Shown in pieces: positions 22,545-35,887 of a DNA stretch of 64,000 nt (position 1 is the stretch's first letter; each line of letters opens with the position of its first letter). The DNA is from Takakia lepidozioides. Taxonomy: Eukaryota; Plantae; Bryophyta. Location of the stretch: positions 49,538,001-49,602,000 of the forward strand of contig CM060732.1 of the NCBI GenBank assembly GCA_030704615.1. The letters run 5' to 3'. Position numbers and translations under genes: made by a program. A model generated the notes under the pieces. The model had not been told where the DNA came from. It made no database searches and saw nothing but the letters and a program-made list of their open reading frames with translations.

Positions 22545-24203
22545 TCAGGAGCTGATTGGGGTTCTCTCTCGTATGGAAGCACGTAACGGATTTTTCATGA
22601 TGACCACCATACGAAACTTTTCAGTGAAGTCTATAGCATGTCCAGGTTTCTCCGGGCCCCACTCAAACGTAAACAGTAGGTTAGCCAACAAAAGATTGAG
22701 ATGGAGGAGGCCCATATTCGCACCTGGGCATGAGCGCCGCCCAGCTCCAAACGGGATGAATGCGAGCCTGTGAGATTCCGTTATATTCTTCTCTGGAATG
22801 AGGAACCTCTCTGGTCTGAACTCCAAGGGATCGTCCCACAAATGGGGGTCTTTGGCAAGGGCACCCGCATGGAAGAGGACCATGGTTTGAGCTGGGATAT
22901 CATACCCATGTAGCTGGCAGTCTTGGGAAGTGACTTTCGGTATCCCCAACACAGTCATCATGTGCCTTCGCATTGATTCCTTAATGACGGCTTGCATATA
23001 AGGGAGCTTCTCCAGGTCACCTTCGCTGACAACCCTCCTGCCTGAATCAGTTCCTACAGCTTGCAATATTTCCTCATAAGCTATTTGCTGGATCTTCGGG
23101 TATGTGACCACGTTTGCGAGAACCCACTCTAGTATATGGGATGTGTTGTCGGTGCCAGCAACCATGAGCTCCACCATATTCCAAATAATCTCCGTATCCG
23201 TGAGACTCTCTTTTCCTTGGAGTGAAATCAGTGTGTCCACAAAGCAGCTAGCGCCGTCTCCTGGCTTATTCCCGCTTTGGTGAAGTCTCCTGCGGCTTTC
23301 AATTACTGGCAATACAAGGGCTTCGGTGCGGTTGGCTATCTCATCTAGCTTGGCATAATATGAATTAGAAAAGGGAAAGACAGCTCGGACAATAGGAAGA
23401 GTATCTAAAATAATTTGAGCAATCGACCCAAAATCCATTATTTGCCGAAAACACCTGTCCAGTTCAACAACGTTCTCACTCTGGCCCGCCTGCCCTTGCA
23501 CGCTCTCGAATTCGTCCCCGAAACCCACCCGCATAATTATATCAACTGCGCTGATCCTCAAGTTGTCGATGGGTTTCACAGTTCCATTTGATGCCTTGGC
23601 CTCTGTTCTTAGCCTAGAGAGCAGCCTCTCGATCTCACTGTCTCTTACTGGCTTATAGCTTGCAAGCTTGGAAGGGCTAAGCAAATCTTTGCTTACAATT
23701 TTTCTCATCTTCTGCCATTGGGGCCCGAAATCTGATGTCATAGTCGTCCGGTACCCGGAGCTTATCTTTTTCCAAGAGAGAAACTTCGGACGGGATGCGA
23801 ATGTTGCGCTTTGGACGATAAGAGCTTCGTGGGTTGGCACCTCCCCAGCCACCACAACCATTGGAATGGAGCTGCCAATCCAGACAGTGTAGATTGGGCC
23901 ATATTTTTCGGCCATTGTGCGGAGGGTTTCATGTATGGCTGTTCCCCGAAGTAGCAGCTGCGGAATTGTTCCTAATAAGGGCCATCTCCAAGGGCCTGGT
24001 GGCAGCCTGCTACTACGCTTACTGTTGCAGATAACCTTTCTCACAAGAACTCCAAAGCCGAACGTGATGAAAGCAAGAAGACAGATCAGTGCATTGCTGG
24101 TGCGCTTTATATCCTCACTCCCAAAAGAAGAACTAAGGAGTTTGCCTAGGTCTGACTTAATTCCAAATTTTGTGTACGACTGATTCACTGCCAGATTAAA
24201 CAT
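22545..24203 (-). CDS. Cytochrome P450, CYP71 clan, CYP77/CYP89-like, intronless (552 aa)
   Basis: TM anchor, LPPGPW, YGPI, HEALI..FASRP, I-helix AGTDNT, ESMR, FRPERF, heme motif FIPFGAGRRSCPG. Subfamily is from recalled motifs only. Confidence 0.92.
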   Translation of the reverse strand: MFNLAVNQSYTKFGIKSDLGKLLSSSFGSEDIKRTSNALICLLAFITFGFGVLVRKVICNSKRSSRLPPGPWRWPLLGTIPQLLLRGTAIHETLRTMAEKYGPIYTVWIGSSIPMVVVAGEVPTHEALIVQSATFASRPKFLSWKKISSGYRTTMTSDFGPQWQKMRKIVSKDLLSPSKLASYKPVRDSEIERLLSRLRTEAKASNGTVKPIDNLRISAVDIIMRVGFGDEFESVQGQAGQSENVVELDRCFRQIMDFGSIAQIILDTLPIVRAVFPFSNSYYAKLDEIANRTEALVLPVIESRRRLHQSGNKPGDGASCFVDTLISLQGKESLTDTEIIWNMVELMVAGTDNTSHILEWVLANVVTYPKIQQIAYEEILQAVGTDSGRRVVSEGDLEKLPYMQAVIKESMRRHMMTVLGIPKVTSQDCQLHGYDIPAQTMVLFHAGALAKDPHLWDDPLEFRPERFLIPEKNITESHRLAFIPFGAGRRSCPGANMGLLHLNLLLANLLFTFEWGPEKPGHAIDFTEKFRMVVIMKNPLRASIRERTPISS

Positions 24204-25080
24204 TTTGGTAACTCCAGGAGTTTCACTAACGCTTATAGTTGCTGTGGAAGCAGGTCAGCACAACCCGTCCCCTTTGACAAAAAGATGATTTAGATAATAG
24301 TACTGTATACATCTACTGTGTATAACATGTGAAAAAGTAGGTGCAGTCCTGATGATCAGTGCATCTACCCCAGGAATATCTATCCATAGGTGCATAGTGC
24401 GTGCAGTAGACAAACTTCTGACGAATGGCAGCTCAGAACTGGAACGTGGATAATAAAAGCTTCACCCATAAATTTCTCCCCTTTTTGAGTGCTCCCTACA
24501 CAGAATTACTTCGGCTTGCCACGGCCTTGCAGCTACACAGCCCCTACCGGACCCAAATTTTTTCCACCTAGGGTGTGTGTCGATTCTTAGAGGACCTGTC
24601 ACTCAGGGAAATAAAACTCGCACAAAGGAAACTATCTACAGATCAGCTGTCCCAGCTAGGTACGATAGACAGAGAACTGCACCAGCGATAGTGATCAGAT
24701 TCGTACGAGTAGTGCAACAATATGTACAGCAAGCCAGGAGACAACAGTGACCAAGCTCTACGCCTTCTGCTCACATAAACACTGTACTAGTTAGCAAGGT
24801 GTCAAGGCTATGGTTGATCCCACCGGCTTCCAGGTGCTTCTCTATGCAATCCTTCCTGCAGATTCACAAAGTCAATGCAGTGGAAGCTGCTTGAAATCCG
24901 GAGACTTGGACAGAGACACAGTAGATGAGACGTGAGGAGAAGATCCAGGAAGCGAGGCCGGTATCGCTCCAACTCCACATGGCTGCTGCCCCTATGCATG
25001 CATTTTCTTAAAGTTATTCTCCTGCCCTCTTGCCACATTATTCCTTGCATACTTTGGACTGTTATATAACCGGAATTTTC

Positions 25081-26585
25081 CAGTGTTGGTCGGTTATCAT
25101 ATTTTTCAAAGCTCATGAGGTTCAGGTTATACAAGTTGACTCATGCAGTAATAACCAGTGTTGGGAGGATACCCTTTTTCTGCCATTATACCCTGAGGGT
25201 AAATCCCAATAAGGGTATATGGATATACCCTACCCTGGAAATTCAAAAATACCTTACCCTACCCTTGTCAGGGGTAATTATTTTCTTATACCCTTAATGG
25301 ATTACCCTGAGGATAAATCTGTTCAATGGCAGGGTAATAGGGAAGGGTATAATAAATTGATTACTAGGGATGTTTTTTTAAAATTTTAATTAATGAACAG
25401 GGGGATTGTATAGGGGTTTACGTTTAGGTGTGGTATTTGCTAGTAGAGAGGCCGGGGCATACACTAGCATTTTATTTTTATTTTTATTTTTTCCCTTCGG
25501 TGGTCCTCTTCGGAGCTTGTGCAATACCGGTCCTTGCCACTCTCTCCTTCTTGGAAAAAGCGTGTGTTAGGCCGCTCTCTTCTTCCTTGGTCCCTTCCAT
25601 TCTATCTGCAAAGCGTCTCCTTCAGGCGCAGGTGATTTTGGACCTCATTATGATCAAATGTGTTGTTTTGTTATTATATTTTAGAGCCATTAGAGGAGTA
25701 TAAATGAGGACTAAAATTTTGCTATTCATAAGCCACAAAAAAATAGAATTTAACGGGGATGTTACACAATTGAAATGCTTTATTCTAAGTATTTAATAAA
25801 ATTCACAAATTAAATTAATTAAATTAAATTACCCCTTATAATTACCCTGGGGTATCCAGAGGATATAAGAATAGTACCATTATCCTGCAATTACCCTTAC
25901 TCTCTTTGTATATGTGGCACCCAATACCCTTACCCTAAGGGTAAATGTTTACCAAAAATTTATATATACCCTTAACTGGAGGGTAAATATTTTCAAAAAA
26001 TAGATTATACCCTTACCCTGAGGGTAGAAAAAATCGATATACCCTCCCAACACTGGTAATAACCTCCAGTTCTAGGTGAAATATGCACATTGAATGAAGG
26101 TTATTTGCAGGTTACGGTTATGAAAATTTGAACAATATGTGGTCAGGTTATTTGCCGATTCATGAACAAATCATAACCTGCGGTGATATTTCAAGTGGGG
26201 TCTTTGTTATAACTGAAATATAACCTGTCTACCATAGGATATAATTGAAGTACCCTAGGCAGGCTGCACAACCTATCCCTCAGGTTCAATGTGCCATTTC
26301 AACTTCAATATACATAGTGAAAATAGGACACCAAAAGAAAACTACTATTTGATAGGAAACCATAGCTACTATAACGATTTCCGTCCACTTAAAAGATATC
26401 CGGGTTGGTTCTATGTCTTCAGATGCTATTCACTCACAGGTTCAGGGTGTTTCACCGGGTATTTGAGTTGTCCAGTACCGCCTGTTTTCAGTGTCCACGT
26501 TCTCTTTTATGCTCATAACCGCCGGCTATAGTTGGCAAATTACCTGTAATTAATCGGGTGGGTCCCTGATAACCGACCAACACTG
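25081..26585. mobile_element. Non-autonomous TIR element (hAT-like), outer member of a nest
   Basis: Perfect 19-bp TIR CAGTGTTGGTCGGTTATCA (25081-25099 / 26567-26585). GGTTAT/ATAACC subterminal repeats. Flanks GAATTTTC vs GAATCGTG match only partly. Confidence 0.8.
25156..26055. mobile_element. Non-autonomous hAT element (900 bp) with perfect 8-bp TSD, nested
   Basis: 13-bp TIR CAGTGTTGGGAGG. TSD GTAATAAC at 25148-25155 and 26056-26063. TACCC/GGGTA subterminal repeats, no ORF. Confidence 0.9.
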
Positions 26586-27595
26586 GAATCGTGCCGATGT
26601 CCTCTCCACACGTGGCAGCACCTGGGCACACGCACCCTACTGATCCCCGGGTGGCCCAGCATCGGACTTCCTCCCCTTTTCCCCAAATAAACAAGAATAA
26701 TAATATTACTGGTTTTATTGAGCTTATTGTTGCTATTAATTAATATATTGATGTGTGTATTTTTTTGGGGGGGCCAATAAGTAGTAACTTAGTTAGGTAG
26801 TAAGAGGGGGCTCTCCTTTATATAGCCTCTCACTGCGGTGGGACCCTTCTAGGAGCCCGCCGACCCCCAAACGGTGGACCCTTCTGGAAGGGTGGGACAC
26901 ATGTCAGATCCTAATGACGCCTACTCACACCAATTGACATGTGTAACCTAATAACCATCCCCTATTTATAGGTGTCACGTTCTTGCCTTTTTTCTTTTAT
27001 GCCTTTTACACGATAATTATTAATTCAAATATTTATATAGCTTATTACATGCCGGTTTAATTCCTGGACCACTCTAATGGACAGGGCCCACAAAACAACT
27101 TGGGGGGCTTATTTTATATTAGGGGTAATCTTGACATTCACAAATGTAAGCCTCATGGCCTTCTGTCCTGGTTATTTTTTCCAGGACTTTCCTCTTAATA
27201 TGATTTACAAGGCTCCATCCCCTAAGGGCGTAGCTTCCCTCTTTGCAGCTCAGTCCATGCTCGAACTGTTAGATGTCAGTGTTTGTAGCATGTGAGAGCA
27301 GAGCTCTGGTTGTTGGATTGCCATGAAATAAGCTTCACATTTGTTACTCTCTTGGCAGAAAGCTATGAGGGTCTGAAAGAGACAAGCTGGATAGGCAAGG
27401 AAGTTTGATGTCCAGCAAAGATTTGCAAAGCATAGCAGCACAGCCCATCAATGGACTTCTGTACCTCTTCTGATCAAGATGATCTCTTCACTTTGTAGAG
27501 AGAAATCTGGTGGCCGAAGGAGGCGATGATCATGGCCTTCAAACATCGCAACTGCTTGGCAGCTCGCTCCTGCCTGTAGTCATATTTTGAAAGAC

Positions 27596-30500
27596 TCAGA
27601 TGGAAACACTGTTGGGAACACCCGTTCCTGTCAGACCAGGTCCGGATGTAGGGTACAGCAGAGTGTAGGGAATTTTCGCAGGGCCCACGCGGTTTGGCAT
27701 CGTGCTATCCATGTTCCTGTTCTGGATTGTCGTCTGAATCTGTAGCAATCTCTCTCCATACTTCTGGAATGTTTGCAAAACCTACCAAGTGCACACCAAA
27801 CACATGTGAGGGCTCCCACAATAGAGAACAGGGTATGGTGGCTACTTCGAGAACATCAGCACGTCCTTAAGGAACATATAGATCTTCTAAATTATTTTTA
27901 CATGCACAATTCAAGCCGGTAGCTCATAGATTCCTCAGTGCAGTACTTGTGTTATGAAGGAGTACCAAGTATGATCAGTACCTCCTCATTGCTTGTCCAG
28001 TTTTCGGTAACCCTCTGGCCCAGATACTCCTCATCACTTGAATGCGTTGACAAAAGCTCACTTATAGTCATGACAATGGCTTCATATGCCGGATTCGGGT
28101 GGGTCTCAAGAAAGAACTTTTCAGGATTCGAAAGCAGCTCGCTGTAGTCTGGGCTGTTCTCTTCAGGGATCAGACGCCGAGTTTTTGCAGCACGGTTGGG
28201 CATGTAACCTATATAGGCATATTGTCCAAAATTCACAGCAGCATGGTGAGCCGAAGCCAACCAGGTGATAGTTGTCAAAACCTGTACCAAATTTTCCTTG
28301 GAATTGAGAGTTGGCCAGCCCTCTGCATCCTTCTTATCTGCATGTCCCTTAGTACGTATCTCAGACCACCATTCCTGAAGCTCTGCATCCTGCTGGACAG
28401 TTTGGTCATCCACGTAGTAGATGTTGCTATAGTCTTGCACCCAGCTTTTGAGGGCAGACCATATGTCAAGGCCATCAAGCCCATAAGGGTAGTCCTCGAA
28501 AACCAACTTCACCCCACTCTCGGAGCTTGGATCAAGCTCTGCCATCCCCCTGCTCAAAACGAGATTGCGGAACCCAGAATAATTTAAAGGAGTAGTTTGT
28601 ATGAGGAAAACAGAGAATGTCCAAGGTACTTACAAGCAAATCACCTACCTCTTGACCAGGTCATTGGGCAAGGCTTGCTCGTCGAAGCGCCATAATGCAC
28701 CATAGAGTACAGAACTAATTTCCATGCAGTATTTTCCAGAGGCGAAGGTGCTTTCAATGATTCCACCAGCATTGATGAGGATCTGGCGTGAAACTTCGTT
28801 GATGTTCATGGTATTCTTGAAGTGTGGTAACAACAAAAGGTTCACTGGATGCAGCACACTCAATTGCCGGTTAGTGGCAATGATGATTGGCTCTATTGTA
28901 GCATGGGTCCGCACCCTTGAAAAATTCACAAGACATTTGAACTCATGTCAGATAATGAAACACAAGTTCCAGATAGTGGTAGTGTTATTGACAATGAAGC
29001 AGCCACTGTCAGACTACAGTGTTTGTGATCATTAGTTATTTCCTAACCAGGCAACTATGCTCTAATGTATGTTTCTTTCTTTCAGATGTCGGACCAGGTT
29101 AAGCCTTTCATACTTCTGTCCCCAATGTCGAATGTTCTCCCGACATATATGGGAGGACTTGCAGAACACATAAAAACAAACATCCTGAACGTCATTCTTA
29201 GAGTTCCTTCTGGTAACATGTCAGACACAAAACATTTAACAGATTTAATCAACATACCAGTGACTGTAGAGCTGGTGGAATCCACTGTCATTAGCCCGCA
29301 CATACCCTTTGGCAAGCTCCCATAACCAATCCTGCTTACCGTCCTTTGGTGGAGTTAACACTCTCTTACTGCTGGAAGTGTTTCCGGGCAAGCCCAGCTC
29401 AATAGCCACAGGCTTCATCTTTCCTTCACTGGTGAGAAACAAAATGGTTCTTGTAGCATAGCTCTTGCTAGGCTCAAAACCTGAAGAATCGTTCATGCGC
29501 TGAATGTAGGGGAGAAAGTAGTCATAGTAGTCCAATGTGTACAGCCTTTTGCCATTCAATGCCTACAAACAATAAATTCATGTGCAGCATGTCACACATC
29601 AGTGGCATCTCAGATTTGTTACAAAGAAAGCAGAACACTCAAGTAAGAAATGCCATGTGAGAATTATTCCAGCATATGTCAGGAGAAGACTGACATCATG
29701 GAGCCTACTCGGAGCCTATTGGGTGGATCAAAGACTTCCATTGTACATAAACCAGATGCCTCTATCATGGAATAATGCCGGACTTCTATTAGATAATGCT
29801 CACTTCAGAGAGGTTTAAGGGTTCCACTCACTGATGCTATCAACATGCAAGATCCGTGTGGATTCACAGGAACAAATACAAGGGCTGAGGCAACCCCTGA
29901 CATGAGAGCACTACTGAATCCTTAGAGGCACATTTACAGCTGATACAAAAAGTATGTCAGTGGCAGTAAGATACACTGATGCAAGCTCTATCAGTTCGAA
30001 CAATTGAGAGGACCCATTAAACCCTGAAGAAAGAAACTGAGAGAAAACTGTCTAGGATGATTTGCAGGACATGACTGGGAATCCATGTAAAGCACATTGC
30101 CAAAAAGGCCACTGTAAAAATTGAACCCTTCAGGTTTTGCTCTGATTAGCAAGCTCTACCAGAGACAATTGCATGTAGTGCCTAGAAGAGAGATTAGATT
30201 GTGCACACACTTGAACTTATTGCAAGTAATACAGGTGATGTATGTTACCTGCTGGACTGTGAGACCTTCCATGTATGGCTCAATGTGCTGGGCGGTGATG
30301 GCTGACGTTGGGTCCCCATACTTGTCTCGATCATTTAAACTACTCACTGGAGGGAATGCCTGCAGCGTGGACAATTTTATGCACAAATCTTAAAAATGTG
30401 TCCAGAAACAATCCATATGGGTATTCATTGGGATACGTCTGGAGAGAAATCAGAAGCAATGTTACCGTGAGGCGCTCGATCTGGAGCGGGTTGACACCAC

Positions 30501-33500
30501 TCAAAATCTGACGACCAAACTCTTCATCGTTCCTCCACGCAAGCTCGTCAGCTGCATGCATACACACATGTGGCTTTAAACCTAGTCTCAAACTCATTCA
30601 TATACGCAGGCCTACACACGATCCTTGTGATTTCAAAGATTCAGTGGAATCTGCACAGCTAGAACCAGTTTCAGTAGACTCTTACTAGATATGATTGCAA
30701 GAAAGTCTATTGATTTACACTTACAGCCTTATTTATATCCCTGTTCAATGCTATGCCAAGGAAATATAGCGTGCAAATTAGGCATGAATTTTGTACTCAC
30801 ATTGCAGGATTTGAGGCACTGGGTATCTGAGGACGCTATCTTGATCATCAACGCCCAGACTCTTGACCAAATCAAAGGGGTCCATATAAAATTGCTTGTT
30901 TTGATCGGTCATGTTGCTTTGTACGATCTGCAGCTGAGCTTTCAAATCGATACCTTTGGTGTAGAGGTTGAGAATATCAGCAAAGCTTGTGAACTCGTCT
31001 TTCACGACTCCTTCAATTGCTGGAACCAGAAGGTGGCCGACTCCGGTCAGCCCAGCGCTGAGGAAATCTTTCTGCTTTACCCCATCGAAAATTTCGTCCC
31101 TTGGGACATAGAACAACCTGTCAATCACTCTCACCTCCGTCGATGGATCTGCCAGATAAGTTACTTAGTAATGGAATCGATCAAGTGGTCATGGATTCAA
31201 TCACCATGTATACATGTACGAAAACATGACTAGACTTAGAGGCGCTTATGGGTATGCATTACTACAACAACATGAATGTTCAGGTAACTCCGTTTGCTCG
31301 GACCTGTTGATCGTAAGAATTCACTAGGCTACTCTGCATCTTGAGGATTCTTGAAAACATTGCGATTGGTATTCATGAAAACACAAGGGACTAACCTGCA
31401 GGAGAAGCCGATCGCCCAGTTCTGCAGCGGCGAGGGTAGGGAAATTCGCTGCCCCCCAAATTAGGCCTTTTCCACGTGGGATCTGAGGCATCACCTAGAT
31501 CGTTGTAAACATCATAATCATAAATTCTATCCCACACTTTCCTTTCACCGAGGTCATTCCCCCGCAGATTTAGCTTTTCTGTCTCGCGCAATTGAACAAG
31601 CCCAGGTGGAGTCTGGTCTCTGAGGTACACCTGCGTGCATTCGACCAAGACGTCGTTTACTCTCAGCTCATAGACTAGAAAAATTGTAGATTACATAGAT
31701 ATTTATTTGCCTTTGTTTAGCTTGTGCACGAGACACATCATAGATCATGTACGTATCCTACCTAGTTTGAAACTTTGATGTGAGAGTTTCATGTTCAAAT
31801 GACGCGGTCGATAAAGTCATGGATTCTGTGCAGTTAAACGAGCTCAGTGAAATATCATGTTTCAACTACATGTAACCTCAATTATACACCCCAGGTAACT
31901 CTCATTCCCATGAAATATGGGCGCTGTCCACAATGGAACTGGAGCCTTTCAAAGATATTGCACGCTGCAAACTTGAGCTACTGAACAATTGACAGTGTTT
32001 ACTGGGAATCTGTACAGTGTTAGCACTTAAGTCTGAAACCTGAATCCAGTCATGACTCATACATGATCAACGGAGAGAGAGAGAGATGTACTGATTACCT
32101 GGTTGGTGAAAAAAACCCGGTCGGATTGGTACTTGTCGACATTGTAGACCCAAGAGTTGCACGAAAAGTGCACCTCCTTTCCATCCGAGAGTTTCAACGT
32201 AAGAGATTTGAGAAAGAATTGGTGTGCGTGATAATTTCTCACAATGATGGCCCCAGGTGTACCGAAGTCTTTTGGCACCTTGAATGTCAATGGGTAGCTG
32301 ACATCGTTCTGCTCCAATGTGTCTTTCGACGAAAACCAATTCTCCACGCTAGTTTCCGTGCTCAACTTCCCGATTTGGGTGCCTGCAACTCATAAACATA
32401 ACTTGAGGATCGCAAATCTACGTATGACTGAGGATCAATTGGACAAAGCTAATCTTGTATCCGTTGATACCGGATATGTTCAAGCTCGAAAAATATCTAC
32501 CTCGCATGTTCAGCTCAGACTCGCATCTCAAGGCGTACGGACCTTATATTGCGTACGGATCAATCTTGAGCTCTAGGTTTCCTAATCAGCATTTACTCTA
32601 CATCAACTTCAACGATGTTTTATGTTTTTCTCCTAGGAGTAAGATGTTCAGTCGTGAATTAAGGTAGTCTAGAAAGATCTTTTCGATCCCCAAGTCTCGA
32701 CAGGTCTCGACAGCAGCTGAACGCTAATTACCGCGCTGTCCAATATTGCGCGATCTCCCAAGTAGATTAGAGATTAGACCGATCACTAGAGCTTCAATTG
32801 GGAACTTATTGTCGGATCGAGTACAGGTGAAAGAAGGGAGGTCCCATGGTGCATACAGGACAATGAGAGCTCTAAATGCCGTAGTAAAATTCAACGAGAA
32901 TTTGAGCTACTCATGACCCCATAGAGCAGCCAGCCGTCTTCTGACCGGCTGTGGTATGTGAGCTGCTATTGGCAGAAGCGCCTGTTTATGAGCAAGAGTA
33001 CTCTAAACAGTACATCTAACTGTTAGATGTTTATGAGCATCTATCTGCGGTCCCGATCCCAGTTAGATGTACTGTTATATGTACTGTTTGCTGGGATCGG
33101 GACCGCAATCTATAAACGCTCCTAGTCGTGCGACTTGACATATACGATTTCCTCACGATGGTATGGATAAATCGAGCTTCAACTGACCAGCGCGCATTGA
33201 AGCTCCAGCTCGACGTTCTTATTGAGTTGGAAAGAGAGAGGCCGAGTTACTCACCAGGGTCCACTTGGTCGGCACTGACGAGTTGCAGGAGCACTTTCCG
33301 ATCGAGCAACTGGTCAGCACCATCATCCAACAAGTCGGCACCTATGTCGACATAGGTCAAGAGACTCTTCTTGCGGATCATGATTGTGCCGCTCAGGCTA
33401 ACAGAATCATCCGCGACCTCAGTGTTACTCTTCCCTTGGAACAAAGTGTGCAACCATTTGTCCACAGGGTGGAGTATTGAGGCACGAACAGCCAAGTTCA

Positions 33501-33663
33501 GTCTGCGCCCCCGAGAGCCGGCCATCTCTTGTCGGTTCGCAAGCTTCAGAGCCTTAGTGGGGACGCTGGGAAGTAATGGGAGCCCCGATTTGAGTGAGGA
33601 CGAAACATGAGCTGTGCCACTGCAGATGGCTGGACCCTTAGTGTGCCTTAAAGCTTGCTCCAT
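27596..33663 (-). CDS. LOX: Lipoxygenase A (13-LOX-type determinants, transit-peptide-like N-terminus), 10 exons, ~932 aa
   Basis: Exons 33663-33255, 32382-32099, 31630-31396, 31148-30801, 30551-30466, 30359-30249, 29562-29258, 28915-28649, 28549-27982, 27781-27596 join in phase (2799 nt). PLAT domain; Fe ligands in HQLYSHWVRTH, HHAAVNF and C-terminal NSVSI. Confidence 0.96.
33006..33107. repeat. Two interlocked perfect 17-bp inverted repeats in LOX A intron 1
   Basis: 33006-33022 pairs with 33060-33076; 33046-33062 pairs with 33091-33107. Confidence 0.85.
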
Positions 33664-35887
33664 GTGATCCTGTTAGCAAATCTGGAAATGTACTGATCCG
33701 TTACGGCTCGTTCCAAGACCACTGCAAAGCAATACAAGCACAAAAGTATCCCTCAAAGGTACCCCCCAGCTCTAAGTATCTGCTGCAAGTAATTAGATCT
33801 CAACCTCACGCATAATAGGAAACCAACCGATCAAGCCGGTTGCTCCAACGTGAGGGAGATCGGCACTTGGAAAGGAGAGAGGAGTAATCCTAGCATATAC
33901 ATCCGAGCTGTTGGACACTTCAGCTCTTGGTCCTGGCGGCCATGTAGGCTTGCGGCCCACCGAGACTCAAATAGGTAGATGAAACACAGCTTACGTATAG
34001 CTGACATCTATGAGTTTGTACAAAACCGTCAGTGCTAATAACTCCGACAGTGAAGATCTCTAGTTTTATAATCGTATAATGTGCCCAACATGTCCACTCA
34101 CATCGGGGATGATTTCTCATCAATTCTTCTCTCCCGGGGAACCTTGAAAGCGCTGAGCAAGGCAAGCTCGCATTCACAAACCCGGGCGGACCAACAGTGC
34201 GCATGTCGTGTAACAGTGTACTTCCAATCCAATCATAGTCAAAGTCCAGGATCATGATCACGGACATAGTACTGTAGGAGATTTGCAAAAGTGGAAGCAT
34301 TGAGAGAAATGGATGACACCTGGACAAACGTCTTGAAGATCTAGACACAGACCTGGAACTGTTTGTAAGACCCATCCCCGTCGAGAGTACTCCCAGAAAT
34401 CTAATAATGTCCGTAAGAGGACGGCCGCCGAGTCACGATCCGTGCACCTTCCGAAAACAATTTCGTGCAGGCATCCTGGAGGATGGTGAGCTCATCCTAA
34501 ATCAGGATTCCTGACGAAGAAGCATCCTGGAATATTACAGACGAAATGAGACAGATACTGCACACATGCATCGTGTGCAGACTACGTGATTTGGATGTAC
34601 CTACCACATTCACGTGGGAGACTGGAGAGCATCAAATATATTCAACCACACGAGCTGAATAGGCCCGCATTCCCGCATACCCGGATTGCTGCTCAGCATA
34701 CCTGTCGATTGATAGAGCCCCCCTCACTCCATTCCAGGTGAAGATGACACATTTCAGATTAAATTGGTTCGGTTGAGTCATTCCAACTTCCCTATCAGAC
34801 TACCGACTGTACAGAAGAGGAAGTGCAGGTTAACATGTGTCCAGCGGGATAAGGTGCAGGCAGTAGTCGTTGGGGGTCAAGAAGTTTCTTTCTTGGGTGG
34901 GCATTACTTCCTAGTGTATCCTGAATAATGGAGTTAGTGGTGGTCACCAACTAATGTTGTTTATAGCCACGTAGGCCCCACCCACAAGTAAAACACATCA
35001 CCATTCAAGAATCCACATATGTTGTGGGCACTCCATCTACTGTTTATATAAAGAAAGGAAACAAAAACCCATAACTAAGAGCCAAGCCACTTCAGTCTAG
35101 TGCCTATATTAGGGGATATGCCATATGAGTTATTAGATTGTGATAGAAAGGAGAAAAAAAACACTTGCCAAAGCCGGCGTTACTCATGGTGTCACGTCAC
35201 CCCACAAGGCCGGGGACGCTGTCTTATGCTTGGAAGGTGTACATTTTCTAATGGGTAACTAACTTGGGGCAACGCGGTTGTCCAAATTTTTCCCAAAGAT
35301 TCAAAAGTCTCGTGTATCCACACATTGAGTAACCGGTTGACCTAAAACCCTTCTTTGCAGTGTGTTTTCGCTGACAAATTTTCAACAAGGAAAGCGAAGG
35401 CAATTTTTCCACTTTGCCATCAAAAGAGAAGAGATGGATGAGAGGTCGTCGCCAGAAAATCCGTTTGATTGCCATCGTGGACCTGTTAAAACCTGTCATA
35501 TAAGCGACATTTCTGCAGGGTTCGATTGTTGATGGATGTTCGTGTCATGTCACCCCGGTCAGTTGTCAGATTTTGTAGCCCAATTTGAGAGCTCTTGATT
35601 GGCCAAACGGGGAGAAAGCTATGGCTGCTCGAAAAGCCGAAAATTGTAGGGTGTAGATTGTCAGATTTGTGAGATGGTGTTGGATCGAGAAACAAAGTGA
35701 AGTCATAGACAGCATGCAATTCGATGACCAACCGACTGTACTCGAGCACAAGACAAAACGATGAAGTCTCCAACATGTTTATTGCGAAAAGAATTTGAAA
35801 GAGAGCGAGAGAGAAACTCTTCGAGTTCACTCGTAACTTTGAGAACCCGCAGTTGCTAATGTGCAATCCGGGGAAGAAGACAAATGC

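Noticed and set aside
22545-24203. CYP74 (AOS/HPL/DES) partner of the LOXs
   Set aside because: It has the canonical AGTDNT I-helix and FGAGRRSCPG heme loop without the CYP74 insertion.
33920-35866. Short ORFs between the LOX genes (and similar ones at 13.5-13.9 kb and 41.3-49 kb)
   Set aside because: No recognisable motifs or splice-consistent models. Other short ORFs in the track are antisense or alternate-frame shadows of real exons.
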